A stretch of DNA of 64,000 bases from Longimicrobiales bacterium (GTDB lineage Bacteria > Gemmatimonadota > Gemmatimonadetes > Longimicrobiales > Gaopeijiaceae), in the NCBI GenBank assembly GCA_965204735.1, contig OZ242008.1, positions 480,001 through 544,000 of the forward strand, given 5' to 3'. Below, piece after piece: positions 28,536 through 38,851 of this stretch (position 1 is the stretch's first letter; each line of letters begins with the position of its first letter). The notes under the pieces were generated by a model. That model was given only the letters and a program-made list of their open reading frames with translations, was not told the origin of the DNA and did no database searches. A program made the translations under genes and the position numbers.

Positions 28536-31500
28536 TCATTCCAAGCCCTCCATGATGGCCCACACGTGCCGATAGCTGGAACCGCGATTCCCCAGGGCGG
28601 ATTGCCACGTGCCAGCGTCTGCTTCGCGTAGCTTCTGGCGCGTCAAGTGCAAAGGATCGGATGGCCGCACGTTGAGTTCGCGGGCGAGTGGAGTGGCCGC
28701 CGTTCGCGGCACGCCGAGAAGGCGCATGGCGATGGCCTCGTCGGAATTCACCCCGTAATAGACTCGGGCGGGGAGGTTGCGCAGCGTCCGCTGTTCATCC
28801 GGCGAGAGTTTGTCCAAATCGCGCATGGTGAGCGACTGGAGGGCGGCCAAGCCCCAAGATGCCGATTGTGCCAGCTTGCCGAAGACGGTTTGGCAACACC
28901 GCGTCATGGCCTTGGTCGCGTCCGTGCTGGCGTCGTCCCGACCACCGGAGCCGGAACCGGCCGCGAAGTGCGCGCGGGCCATCTCGGCCAGCGGCCGCTC
29001 GTGAACCCAGTCGCAGATGACCCGGGCCACGGCGTCCCGTCCGAGGGCCGCCTCCGCTGCGACTCTGCCCAGCGACCCGTTCAGCTCCGGGACCTTGAGC
29101 AGCAGTCCGACCATCCGCTCCAAGTCGTTCCGGCGTGCGCCGAACAGGTCCGGCGTCCAAACCGCGTCGTGCACTTCCGCCCGGCTCAGGCCAGCCAACG
29201 TTCGGGCCACGGACTCCCACGAGAACCCCGTCGCATCGACGAGGCCCAGCGGCTTCCCCTTGATCCGCTCCGAATACTGTTGGACTCCCGAAACCAGCTT
29301 GCCGGCCCAGCCCTCGTGGCTCGCGCGCAGGGCCCGGAAGCCGAGTGTTCCGCGAAGCACCTGCTCGATCTGCATCGCGAACCTGTCGTGATCGCCGACT
29401 TGTCGGTAGGTGTGGGCAAGGTACTGCAGGAAGGCCGACCACTCGGGCCGCCATGCAAGCCGTTCAAGGCGCAGGAGGTCGGTCTTGTCGTCGATGTCGT
29501 GAATCATGTCGATCAACGTCGAATTGAGTTCTCCGACTGATCGGCCGACGTATTCGCGAAGCTGTGCGACCTTCGCGTCGTCGCAACCCGCCAGCGCAAT
29601 GATTCCCAGGTCGTCCTGATCCACGCGACCCGCGCGTCCGCAAATGTTCCAGAAGTCCTCGGGCGGCATTTCGCGGCCGTACGGATACTGGTGATTCTGG
29701 AATACGACGCCCGACACTGGAAAGTTCACGCCTTGCGCAATGGTCGTGGTCGCCACCATCGCCCGGAGGTCGCCTTGCTCGGCCAACCATTCCACGATCG
29801 CCCGGGCATCCTCGGAGAGCCCCGAGTGGTGCACGCCGATTCCGCGTTCCAGCAACGACACCAAAGGAAAATCGGCGCCCATCTCGTCTTCCAGGAACCC
29901 GCACAGCTGGCGTATGCGGTTGCTCGTCGCCGCCGGGACATTCTCCGCCCGCTTCAAAGTCTCAGCGATCCCCCAGCAATGTGCCGGCCGGGACGCCAGG
30001 ACGATCACGGTGCCTCGGCGCTCCAGGAGATGGGCGGCGGCCGCAGCCAGCTTGCCGGGCGACCGGGAGACTGCGGACCAAGGCAATCCCAGCGGACGCC
30101 GCTTGCCGACATTGAGAGTGTCCGGGATTTCGATCGTCTTCGCAGTCGTGTGCAACGTCGTGAAGTCGATCGTGAAGTCCCCGCGAGCTTCGCCTCTACG
30201 GGGCTGCGCTATGGCAACTACGCGATCGTTGGGGACCCAGTCGACGCCGAAGTCAATGCTTGTCGCGCTGCCGGGCGCAAGCCACTGGGCGATCTTCTCC
30301 GCGTTGGGGACGAAGGGCGTGAGCAACAAGAACTGCGCGTACCTGCATTCCCTGTTGATGGTCGCCAGCAGCAGCTCGAGCCGAAAGCCGCGCTCGCTGG
30401 CGCCGATGCCGTGAGCTTCGTCCACCACAACCAGCGTCAGAGGCCGTCCCGTCTTCTCCTCCCACCCGCCTCGCAACATCAGGTCGAGCTTCTCGGGAGT
30501 CGAGACGAGGACTCGAAACTGGCGCGCCGCGTCGGCCTCCGACAGCATGTCGGACTCGACCCCGTCGACCTCCAGCGCGGGACTGACCTTCTCCACCACG
30601 ATGCCAAGGTCCGCGAAGTCGCGGCGCAACCTGCGGGCCAGCTGGCCGACCAAGGCTCTGGTGGGCGCCAGATACGCCACCCACCCGCGCTCGCGGTCGA
30701 ACTGGTTCAGGGCTTGCAGCATTCTGAACTGGGCAAGCAAGGTCTTCCCGCTCGACGTCGGCAGGTTCACGACGACTGCACGGTGTCCCGCGCTCAAGAG
30801 GCCTGCCTCGCGAAGGGCCCGACGCTGGGGCGGCAGGACCTCGAAGATCGGCCGCGGCCGGTCCCTGGAAGTCATTGTGGCGACGAACTCTTCGACCCGG
30901 CTGTTCACGGCGCGGGCGACCGACCAGATGGAGCTGTCCACCAGGGAGCGGGCGGTGCGGGCGAGCAAGCGCACCAAGGCTTCCTGCCGCACGAGTCCCC
31001 CGTGCGAGGCGGCGGCCACGGCCCGGTCGAACTGCGCATCGAGTTGTTCGCCCACGTCGTAGTGGCCGTCGGCGCTTCCCTGCGTCTGGTGCATTCCCAC
31101 GATCTCCGCGGCCTTCGCCACGTGATAGCACCAAATCAGGTTCCATGCCGGAGCGGCATCCTTGTTGGCGGCGGCGTCCTGCAGGAACCCCGGCTCCAGG
31201 TCGGTCTGGTCTCGACGCAAGGCGGCAACGTGCTCCTGCACCGCGTTGAGGTCGTCCCACCCGTGCTTGCGAAAGAGCAGCAGCCAGACATGCAGCACGG
31301 TCGCCCACACGCGGTTCCCCCAGTGGGCGGCATGTGGACGAAGCCCGGCCAGGTCCTCGTCGCGGAGGACTCGCTGCACGTCGGCGCCCCGGTCGCCGAG
31401 GATGCCCAGGCACCCCAGCCTGACGAGCGCTTCGGCTTTCTCCGTGGGCGACTCGGGAAGATCAAGCACCCGTGCTATCTGGAACGCCGAAGCCGCTGAG

Positions 31501-31712
31501 CGCCTCAGTCTGGGCAGGTCGTCGTCGCCGATGGCGTCAAGCACGTCGAGTTCCAGCGCGTTTGCCGCGAATCGAAGGCGGTCGTCGGCGTGCGTGGCCT
31601 CGGGCGGGGAGTCACGAAGGGCTGACCAAAGCCGCCGCCGAGCCGCCTCGGTGGCAGCCTCCTGGAGCCTGTCGGTTCCCAGGCTGTCGACGATCCAGGA
31701 ATGGTCGCTCAT
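28536..31712 (-). CDS. Ski2-like DEAH helicase, Hachiman HamB-like, ~1058 aa
   Basis: PTSSGKT, APTRAL, TPEKLD, DEAH, HHSGL, ATTTIAQGVNFP, GRAGR; helical N-terminal domain. ATG 31712 overlaps the upstream stop. Confidence 0.85.
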   Translation of the reverse strand: MSDHSWIVDSLGTDRLQEAATEAARRRLWSALRDSPPEATHADDRLRFAANALELDVLDAIGDDDLPRLRRSAASAFQIARVLDLPESPTEKAEALVRLGCLGILGDRGADVQRVLRDEDLAGLRPHAAHWGNRVWATVLHVWLLLFRKHGWDDLNAVQEHVAALRRDQTDLEPGFLQDAAANKDAAPAWNLIWCYHVAKAAEIVGMHQTQGSADGHYDVGEQLDAQFDRAVAAASHGGLVRQEALVRLLARTARSLVDSSIWSVARAVNSRVEEFVATMTSRDRPRPIFEVLPPQRRALREAGLLSAGHRAVVVNLPTSSGKTLLAQFRMLQALNQFDRERGWVAYLAPTRALVGQLARRLRRDFADLGIVVEKVSPALEVDGVESDMLSEADAARQFRVLVSTPEKLDLMLRGGWEEKTGRPLTLVVVDEAHGIGASERGFRLELLLATINRECRYAQFLLLTPFVPNAEKIAQWLAPGSATSIDFGVDWVPNDRVVAIAQPRRGEARGDFTIDFTTLHTTAKTIEIPDTLNVGKRRPLGLPWSAVSRSPGKLAAAAAHLLERRGTVIVLASRPAHCWGIAETLKRAENVPAATSNRIRQLCGFLEDEMGADFPLVSLLERGIGVHHSGLSEDARAIVEWLAEQGDLRAMVATTTIAQGVNFPVSGVVFQNHQYPYGREMPPEDFWNICGRAGRVDQDDLGIIALAGCDDAKVAQLREYVGRSVGELNSTLIDMIHDIDDKTDLLRLERLAWRPEWSAFLQYLAHTYRQVGDHDRFAMQIEQVLRGTLGFRALRASHEGWAGKLVSGVQQYSERIKGKPLGLVDATGFSWESVARTLAGLSRAEVHDAVWTPDLFGARRNDLERMVGLLLKVPELNGSLGRVAAEAALGRDAVARVICDWVHERPLAEMARAHFAAGSGSGGRDDASTDATKAMTRCCQTVFGKLAQSASWGLAALQSLTMRDLDKLSPDEQRTLRNLPARVYYGVNSDEAIAMRLLGVPRTAATPLARELNVRPSDPLHLTRQKLREADAGTWQSALGNRGSSYRHVWAIMEGLE

Positions 31713-31924
31713 GTCGGCTCTCCCACCAGCGCGGGCCAACGGTCGATCGGGGTCGGTAGGTACCATGCGACAAGATCGACGGAGCCCGGAGCCGCGGCCA
31801 GCCGGCGGGAGAGGGCTTCGGCGGGGTGGCGAAGGTCGCGTTCGTCCGGGGTGGTGTCTCGCAACAGGACTCCGGCCAGCATGAAGCTCTGGCCTCCAGA
31901 CTCCAGGTACCGACGAGCGGGCAC
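31709..31924 (-). pseudogene. 3' remnant of the helicase's upstream partner (HamA-like position)
   Basis: About 70 codons (LAGVLLRDTTPDERDL...WYLPTPIDRW) ending in an ATGA overlap with the helicase. The 5' part is replaced by IS fragments. Confidence 0.55.
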
Positions 31925-32666
31925 TCACCCGTGCGTGCCGATCACCACCGCCGCGATCCGTCCCCGTCGTCGTCGAACGGCGTCTCTCGGGCGAGCTGCG
32001 CTTCCGGCATCGCGGCTGCTACCTGACGCCCACGGCCTTGGGGGCAGTCCGGTCGGCGACGCCCAAGCCGGCGCCCGCGCCCGCGACGGCCAAGCCCAGG
32101 CCCAAGCCGCCGAAGCCGGGAAGGGATCACCCATGGCGCAAGCACTTCAGCGCCAGCGTGGCCCAGGCCATGGCCAAGCGGGAACACCGCGCCGCCCACT
32201 CCAACGGGACCGGTCCCGAGCGGTGCAGGACCTCGTCCTGAGCCCGCAGGCGGGGACGGCGGATCGCACTTCCCTTCCCGCAAAGGTCGGACGCGACCGC
32301 AGTGTCGGCATCCGTGCCTCCGAGGCTTGCCGGCGCTGCGCAGGTCGCTCGGCGCACCACGACCGTCCGAGCTGGCAAGCTCAGTGCGAACTGCGAGCCA
32401 TCGGGGCAGCAGTGTCCGGACCCGTCCGCGTTGGCCTCCACCCGGCCAGAGCTTGGCCACGGCGACGATCTCGACTCGCCCGGCCGCCACTGGCCTCGAA
32501 GCGCCCGGAACAGGGTGCCCGGCGCCGTCCAGCCCAGGCTTGCTGGAGCCGTGCGTCCTGCGCCCAACACCTGGCCCCCGGCTTCAGGAAGAACCCACCG
32601 TCCACACCATCAGGGGGGACATTTCTACTTTGGCCAACTACCGGACATTTCTACTTTGGCTTGACA
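31925..32666 (+). mobile_element. Right-end remnant of an IS1202/ISNCY-like element
   Basis: Transposase C-terminus VVVERRLSGELRF...KPGRDHPWR (stop 32241). Subterminal repeats GGACATTTCTACTTTGGC at 32617 and 32643. Terminus TTGACA at 32661-32666. Confidence 0.75.
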
Positions 32667-32758
32667 CTCCGTGCCATGAGATCCTTGCCGAAACCAACTC
32701 GCGACCGCAGTATAGTCCCGCCTCGCTCAACAGCCAACTCCAATCGGCGACATACCAC

Positions 32759-33340
32759 TAGAATCTATTTCAAAAACATGAAGTGGTTGCCGGGCACCTT
32801 GGAATTGGGTATCTTCAGGCATGATGCACGTGACGCTGAGCGACGAGCAGTGGGAGCGGATTCGCCACCACTTCCCGGAGGAGTCCAAGCCGAAGCGACG
32901 GCGGGGCGGCCTATTGTGCCGGCCCGGCGCGTCTTCGAGGCGGTGCTGTGGATTCTGCACACCGGCGCGCAGTGGAGCTTCCTTCCTCAGTGCTATCCGA
33001 ACTACAAGACCGTGCACCGGAGATTTCAGGCCTGGGTCCGGACAGGAGTGCTCGAAGATGTGCTCAAGGACTTGGCGGACGAAGCGAAGCAACGGGGTCT
33101 GTTCGACGGATCGAAGGCGTACGTCGACGCGTCGTTCGCGCGGGCGAAGGGTGGCGATGCGGGCGTGGGAAACACCAAGGCGGGCAAGGGCGTGAAGATC
33201 ATGGCGATCGTGGACCGTTGCGGGCTTCCGCTGTCGTTGAGCACGCATCCTGCGAATCCGCACGAGTCGACGCTCGTGCAGCTGTCGCTGGACTTGGCGT
33301 TCGCGGAGGACGAGCCTGCGAACCTGATCGGCGACAAGGC
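32759..33340 (+). mobile_element. IS5-family element remnant (frameshifted, 3'-truncated transposase)
   Basis: LSDEQW from 32821; frameshift near 32905; TGAQW..LP..Y..YKTVHRRF..W, YVDAS, IGDKA, then abrupt loss. Likely left end TAGAATCTATTTCAAAA. Confidence 0.85.
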
Positions 33341-33379
33341 GTGGCCCCGGGCGGGGTGTCACGAAGGACCGACCAAAGC
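33339..33379. repeat. 41-bp diverged direct copy of 31592-31632 (5' part of the HamB-like gene)
   Basis: 37/41 identical by manual alignment. Confidence 0.85.
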
Positions 33380-33441
33380 AAATTGAATGAGTTTTCGACG
33401 AATGAAGCTGTACGCTAACTCCCACCAAAACGGAGGCGGTA

Positions 33442-33915
33442 ATGTCTGAAGAAATCAAGATCGGCAAGGATGAACATTCAAACGAGCGTGACGAGCTGAA
33501 GCGCTTGTCTACGTACGGCGACCGTATGATGTCGTCCAGGGACCCTGGCCCGGGTATCATACAAGGTATTAATGCTTTGGTTCGGGCTGTTGCCAACGCC
33601 GCATTGTTCATCGGCGATCGTTTGGCCGTATCGAACGAACCAACCGATACCATATTCGAATACAATGTGGAAGACGACCTCGACGACACAAAATACGGAA
33701 TAGAAGGAATGCGAGAAACCATTGAAATCGTTGTGGCTGAAATACCGCTCGGCGAAACGATTCTGCTTACCAAGCTCCGTAACGACTTGTCCAAGCGTGC
33801 CGGCGAACCGTGTTATTTCGATACGGCTACGTTGGCGGCGAGTTTGTCCGCTTGGACGGATGCTGAAGTACAGCAGGACAATCGCGGACGTTGGACGGCA
33901 AAACGAACAATGTAG
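33442..33915 (+). CDS. Hypothetical protein, 157 aa
   Basis: GGAGG RBS, ATG start, visibly lower GC. No motif recognised. Confidence 0.6.
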   Translation: MSEEIKIGKDEHSNERDELKRLSTYGDRMMSSRDPGPGIIQGINALVRAVANAALFIGDRLAVSNEPTDTIFEYNVEDDLDDTKYGIEGMRETIEIVVAEIPLGETILLTKLRNDLSKRAGEPCYFDTATLAASLSAWTDAEVQQDNRGRWTAKRTM

Positions 33916-34132
33916 TGACGAGCAGCGACACGGAAAGGGGGCGGGAGGACTACTGTGGCATTTCGCGCGTCCGAGTTGAGACACCATTACTGTCGGAGGG
34001 GCCCGTCCCGTCCAGTGCCGGCGCACTGCTCCTGCGCCAGGCGGCGGAGGCGGGAAAGTTCTTCCGCCTGCTTCCCGGACCCGAACCGCGTCAAGCCCTC
34101 GGTGAGTGGAAGATTCGGCCCCGAATCCCCAG

Positions 34133-35296
34133 TCAGTCCAACGAAAAGAATCCTCTCTTCTCCGCCCATTCCCGACGCACTTCGTCGCCGGCCTGGAGGA
34201 GCAGAATGTCCAGCTCCTTGGCTCGCCTTCCTCCCCTGCCGTGGTGGCGAGACACTCCTTCGCTGGGGGCGGCCGATGGGCGAACGAAGAGGTCCCGACT
34301 GGGCCACACGCGGCGAAGCACGCCCTGACAGATCTCGGCCGTGAGCCGGCGCTGGTCGCTACGGACCAGAACGGGAGCCGATTCCTTGACGTGTCTTCGG
34401 GCGGCGGAGAAAACATCCCGCAACAGCCCTTCGTAGCTCTCTCGATTGCCGAACTTCGCGGCCTTCTTCCAGTTCTTGCGTAGTGGGTGACCCAGCATCC
34501 ACAACCTGATCCAGTGGTCGTTCCAGTAGTCGGTGACGCCAATGTACGGCGGGGAGGTCAGCAACAAGCCGGCTTCCATGTCGTCTTCGTCCCGAAGCAC
34601 TTTCCGAGCGTCTCCCAACTCCGCCCGCCCAGTGGCTTGCTTGGGGGTCCTGTACTCGTACCGACGTCGAATCTTGCTATCGAGCACGGCGACGGGATCA
34701 ACATCGGGGGGAGTCACAAGCCCACGACTGGTCCACCACTTGACGGCATAGGTCGGGGAACATGCAATCGTCGGCCAAAGATGATTCGAGAGCCCGGAGC
34801 CACGCTTGTCCTGCATGTGGAGCGTGACGAAGCCCATGAGCGTACGGTCAACGTCGTTCGTCTTCCAGTCCAGCTCGCGACGGGCGGCCCGAAGGAAAGC
34901 CCGGACCCCGGGAGACCACGCCATCCGTTCGAACCGACTCCGACCTCTGCGGTCGCCTGGACGACAAGCGCGGCCAATCTCGGCCAGTCGAACGAGCACA
35001 TGGTCCAACGCCCGTGCCGGCCTCAATTTGGCCTGCGTAAAGACCCATGCCAAAGGATTCACGTCGATGCCGACGCTGGGGCGTCCGAGCACCGTGGCTG
35101 TGTACGGACCGTTGCCCCGTCCACAAAACGGGTCCAAGACAAGCTCGCCAGCCCGAGTGACGCCCTTCACGATCTCGTGGGCAAACTTGGCCGGGAACAT
35201 GGCGTAGTATCGACCGAAGCCGTACCATCGGTACTCGGCGGTGTTGCGTGCCCAGGGAGACGCCCCCGACGAGCCCACCGATGATCCAGGCTTCAC
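34133..35296 (-). CDS. Amino-DNA methyltransferase (SPPY; probably N4-cytosine)
   Basis: YYAMFP; motif I DPFCGRG precedes motif IV TSPPY. GTGA overlap with nurA. Confidence 0.88.
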   Translation of the reverse strand: MKPGSSVGSSGASPWARNTAEYRWYGFGRYYAMFPAKFAHEIVKGVTRAGELVLDPFCGRGNGPYTATVLGRPSVGIDVNPLAWVFTQAKLRPARALDHVLVRLAEIGRACRPGDRRGRSRFERMAWSPGVRAFLRAARRELDWKTNDVDRTLMGFVTLHMQDKRGSGLSNHLWPTIACSPTYAVKWWTSRGLVTPPDVDPVAVLDSKIRRRYEYRTPKQATGRAELGDARKVLRDEDDMEAGLLLTSPPYIGVTDYWNDHWIRLWMLGHPLRKNWKKAAKFGNRESYEGLLRDVFSAARRHVKESAPVLVRSDQRRLTAEICQGVLRRVWPSRDLFVRPSAAPSEGVSRHHGRGGRRAKELDILLLQAGDEVRREWAEKRGFFSLD

Positions 35297-36606
35297 GGTG
35301 CCAGCGCGTGAATGAGATCGGTCCCGCGTCGCAACGGTATCGCTGCCCGGCTGTGCGCCCTCCGCAACGCCAGAAACTGGTGGTCTCCGACGCCCAGGGG
35401 TCCGGCGGTGGCCAGGGCGTCTGCGAGCACCTTCGGCGGTTCGGCTTCGGTGAGGGGTGGATCGGCCTCGGGCTGGGCGAGGTTCAAGACAAGCCGCCGG
35501 CCCGAGTCGGTCTTGAAGACAACCGGACGCCCGAAGTAGGTCAGCTCACCCCAGGGCTTCGAGCCTTCCTCCATGCGCCCGGCGATGATGTTCTCCCGAA
35601 TGTATTCATTGTCGGGCAACCAGACATGGTTGTTGGGAATCTGTCGGTCGGGTGCCGGGCCTCGGTCGAGCTCCTCCGCGTGCTCGACGAACGGGCCGCT
35701 CTTTACCCCCGACATGACAAGCACGTGACTTCCCGGGTGGTCCTGTTGCATTGCCCGTTGAACTTCCCTGAGTTGATTCCGGACCGCCCGTGCGAGGACC
35801 GCAATCGTCCCAAACGCGGCAAGCGGCCCGTCCATGACGAACGCTGTCTTGGCAATCGCCCTCCGTCCGGCCCGCGACCCTGCCAAGTAGCGCAACGTGT
35901 TCATGAGAGCAAGAATCTCCAGTGCGTCGCGCACCCTGTTGTGGCACTGGACGGCCGACGAGTTCTCCAAGAACTGAGTATGGATTCGAAGTCCGTCAGC
36001 CAGGTATATCGGTTCGCCGCAGGCAGTGCATCTTCCGATTCCACCGGCAGGCGGAACGTCAACGCCCGGCTGCTCGCAGCTCGGGTTCGGGCACTTGATG
36101 GTCCTCATGTCGGCCAAGAGCGAATCAAGCGTCTCGGCAAACGTCTCTCCACCAAAACTGGCAGCAGCCAGTTCGCCATTGACGATTTCCCTGAACCACG
36201 TTCTCGGGTCGGTACCGTCCTTCTTGGCCGCATTCCGTCCTGGAAGCAACAGTCCAAGGCAGTCCGGGTCCTCGGTTGCGCGAAGATCTCGAGGATTCGA
36301 GGCCCCGCTGTCGGGAAGGTGTTCCAGAGATGCCAGCTTCTCGGTATCGATCACCACCATGCCGAGGGACACGACGCCGGCTTCGGTACACGGCAGGGCT
36401 CCAGGAATCGGAGCATGAACGTTCGACCCGTCGATCGCCAAGATGTGGGTTCTCGAGGCGCCCGCTGGAGTTGGCTCGAATCTGGGCAGGGGCAACGGCT
36501 CGCCAGTGTGCCGAGCCACCATGTCGCTGCGGAAGTCCTCCAGCAGGCCGCTGTCAGCAATTGCCCGAATCACGTCGAGTCCGGCTCTTTCGTCGTGGTA
36601 CGGCAT
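35293..36606 (-). CDS. nurA: NurA-family nuclease with Zn-ribbon insertion
   Basis: ILAIDGS, FVMDGPL, GVKSG, C-terminal AH; CPNPSC...CTAC insertion; adjacent to HerA. Confidence 0.8.
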   Translation of the reverse strand: MPYHDERAGLDVIRAIADSGLLEDFRSDMVARHTGEPLPLPRFEPTPAGASRTHILAIDGSNVHAPIPGALPCTEAGVVSLGMVVIDTEKLASLEHLPDSGASNPRDLRATEDPDCLGLLLPGRNAAKKDGTDPRTWFREIVNGELAAASFGGETFAETLDSLLADMRTIKCPNPSCEQPGVDVPPAGGIGRCTACGEPIYLADGLRIHTQFLENSSAVQCHNRVRDALEILALMNTLRYLAGSRAGRRAIAKTAFVMDGPLAAFGTIAVLARAVRNQLREVQRAMQQDHPGSHVLVMSGVKSGPFVEHAEELDRGPAPDRQIPNNHVWLPDNEYIRENIIAGRMEEGSKPWGELTYFGRPVVFKTDSGRRLVLNLAQPEADPPLTEAEPPKVLADALATAGPLGVGDHQFLALRRAHSRAAIPLRRGTDLIHALAP

Positions 36607-36621
36607 CTTGATCGCGTCTGG

Positions 36622-38781
36622 CTATGACTTGGGGTCTGCCTGCGAGACATTAGCGGCACCGATCCAGAACTTGGCAAGCTGGATAGGCACTGTGTAGCCC
36701 TGCGACAGCGTGCGTATCCGCACGAAACCCGGCTCACTGACCTTGCCCATCTGGTCGAGAAAATCGGCAAAGTCCATGTATCCAGAAATGACCTTGCGCT
36801 CTTGCTCGGAGTTCAGGTAGGACAGAATCCAGTTGTCCGTCTCGCTGAGTATCTCCGGCATGATCGAACTCGGAGCCTGTGTTGCCAGAACCATGCCGAT
36901 ATTCATCTTGCTTCCCTCCTTCGCCGTCCTCGCCCACACGGTCTGGAGCGTGTCGGCCTTGTTCGCGCTCGGGAGCAAGTTGTGAGCTTCTTCTACGTAG
37001 ACGAGGATATGATCCTTCATCGCATCGCTGCCCTCTGCGTGAGAAGCCGATCGCGACGAGTCCCGAAACAAATCCTGTTGAGACCGAAATATCTTCCACA
37101 TGACTCGCTCGGCCGCGTTCCGATTCTGCTGCGGTTCTCCGCTCGACTGGTCGATGATCACGAGCTTGCCCTTTCGCAGATCGGCGACCACGTCGTCAAC
37201 AAAGTCAACGGATGAGTCCGCATCATGCTGCTCCTTTGCACGCTGGAAGGCTCTCGGTCCGTTGAGCGACTCGAATATTCGGATTACGCTACTGAGCCGG
37301 GAGTCAGCCCAGCTCTCTCCGCTACCGCCCTTGCGGCTCGTGTACTCTTGGTCGAAGGACTTGAAGGCACCACTCGTGTCCCGTATGAATCGATCCAACG
37401 CCGTAAAGATGATCCCGAGCTGGTGCCACGTAACCTGACCTTGCCCTCTATTGGTGGTGGCATTCTTGAGAATCCCGGCTGCGCTTCTATACTCAGGAGC
37501 ATGATTGGACTTGTCGTTTCTGTCCGAGCGCAAGGCGTCGATCAGGCCCTTTCCGAACAGATGAGCAACAGAAGGCTTCCACGATGGCGGCTCGAATCCA
37601 GCTTGGTACAAAGCGGTTTGGTAGGCGAGGATTGCCCTTGCGTACCGAATCCGCTGGCCTCGATTATCGTCCGATGTGATGTTGGGAGGCAAGGCTAGAT
37701 CAGCATCTCGAAACGCGCTGGTGTATCGTACGCTCTCGCCCTTCATGATGGCTTTGATGATCTCGCGTCCGGCTATCAGTTGATGCAGTGCTCTGTGAAC
37801 CTGGCCTTCATCCCATCTCGCGCTTGGGCTCGGGAGTTCGTCACCATAGAAGTTCATCTTCATTAGCTTTCTCGACTGGTCCCATTCGGGCCGGAACAGT
37901 CCATAGGTCGTAACTTCGGCGTCTCTGTCGAGTCCGGCCACTTCGTGAATTCGATGCAGCCCCTTTCCGTCTTGAGGGTTGTCCTGGGCGTATTCCCCGT
38001 TCAAGTCGAATATGAGCTGTCCAACCCTGTGCGTGGGATCACTTTCTCGAAGCCGATAGACCGATTCGGCGACGACCTTGAGGCCGTTCGACTTCCCGGA
38101 TCGGGACATGCCGAGATACACCGTCCTGCGCTTCAACATGTCGGTTGCGTTCAGGCGAAAGTCCGCCCTCACCGCCATATCCGACTCCGCCGCCGCAAAC
38201 CGAGTCTGGCCGATGGGACGCGAGGGTTGGTCAGAGAGAATGTCGTTGCTGCGGTGGCGGTGGTTGACGATCAGCTCGAGCGTAACGGCGTCGGGCTTCC
38301 AGGCCATGAGCTCATGGACGGAGTAGTAGTTGTCGATGTCCTCCGCATACCGATAGCTACCGTCATCACCGACGATGAATGTACCAAGCACGGTGCACTC
38401 CAGGGCATGGAGCGATATTTGATCCCGAACCCACTCGTCGAGCTCTCCAGCCCACGGGCTTCTGTTGCCAGACCGTTCAATCCCCTTCTGTCGTGTCTCG
38501 TCGCTGGCAGCCGAGGTGGGAAGGCGCGCTTCCCGCTGGACTCGCAAGAGTATGAAGCTTTCGTCTCCCGCTTCCTTGGCCGCAAGGAGGAACATACTTC
38601 TGGGAAGGCCGCCCGCCTTCTCTCGGTCGAAGTCGAATACGGCCACGATGGCCTTCGTGTACGAGATAGTGTAGACGCTGCCAACGCGGGTCGCTCGGTT
38701 TCGGAACGACGGTGGCGGAGTCGCTGGCCGGCCGGCAGTTTCCTTGAGTCTGTCGAGAATGTGGCCTTCTTGATCGTTCAT
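36622..38781 (-). CDS. herA: HerA/FtsK-like ATPase (DUF87)
   Basis: N-terminal beta-rich (HAS-barrel-like) region, GMSRSGKS, IFDLNGEY, VYVEEAH, KEGSK, LATQ. Confidence 0.85.
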   Translation of the reverse strand: MNDQEGHILDRLKETAGRPATPPPSFRNRATRVGSVYTISYTKAIVAVFDFDREKAGGLPRSMFLLAAKEAGDESFILLRVQREARLPTSAASDETRQKGIERSGNRSPWAGELDEWVRDQISLHALECTVLGTFIVGDDGSYRYAEDIDNYYSVHELMAWKPDAVTLELIVNHRHRSNDILSDQPSRPIGQTRFAAAESDMAVRADFRLNATDMLKRRTVYLGMSRSGKSNGLKVVAESVYRLRESDPTHRVGQLIFDLNGEYAQDNPQDGKGLHRIHEVAGLDRDAEVTTYGLFRPEWDQSRKLMKMNFYGDELPSPSARWDEGQVHRALHQLIAGREIIKAIMKGESVRYTSAFRDADLALPPNITSDDNRGQRIRYARAILAYQTALYQAGFEPPSWKPSVAHLFGKGLIDALRSDRNDKSNHAPEYRSAAGILKNATTNRGQGQVTWHQLGIIFTALDRFIRDTSGAFKSFDQEYTSRKGGSGESWADSRLSSVIRIFESLNGPRAFQRAKEQHDADSSVDFVDDVVADLRKGKLVIIDQSSGEPQQNRNAAERVMWKIFRSQQDLFRDSSRSASHAEGSDAMKDHILVYVEEAHNLLPSANKADTLQTVWARTAKEGSKMNIGMVLATQAPSSIMPEILSETDNWILSYLNSEQERKVISGYMDFADFLDQMGKVSEPGFVRIRTLSQGYTVPIQLAKFWIGAANVSQADPKS

Positions 38782-38851
38782 GTGGGTTGCCCGGCTGGTG
38801 TCGAGTGTCGTCGTCGATGCATGTCAAGCGCAGAGGAACGTAACGAGGTGG

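Noticed and set aside
32617..32666. 18-bp direct repeat as a mini-CRISPR
   Set aside because: Only two copies 8 bp apart, ending in TGACA after a transposase fragment; fits an IS end. No cas genes present.
34112..34127. GATTCGG/CCGAATC hairpin as a terminator
   Set aside because: It lies between convergent genes but has a very short loop and no clear U-tract.
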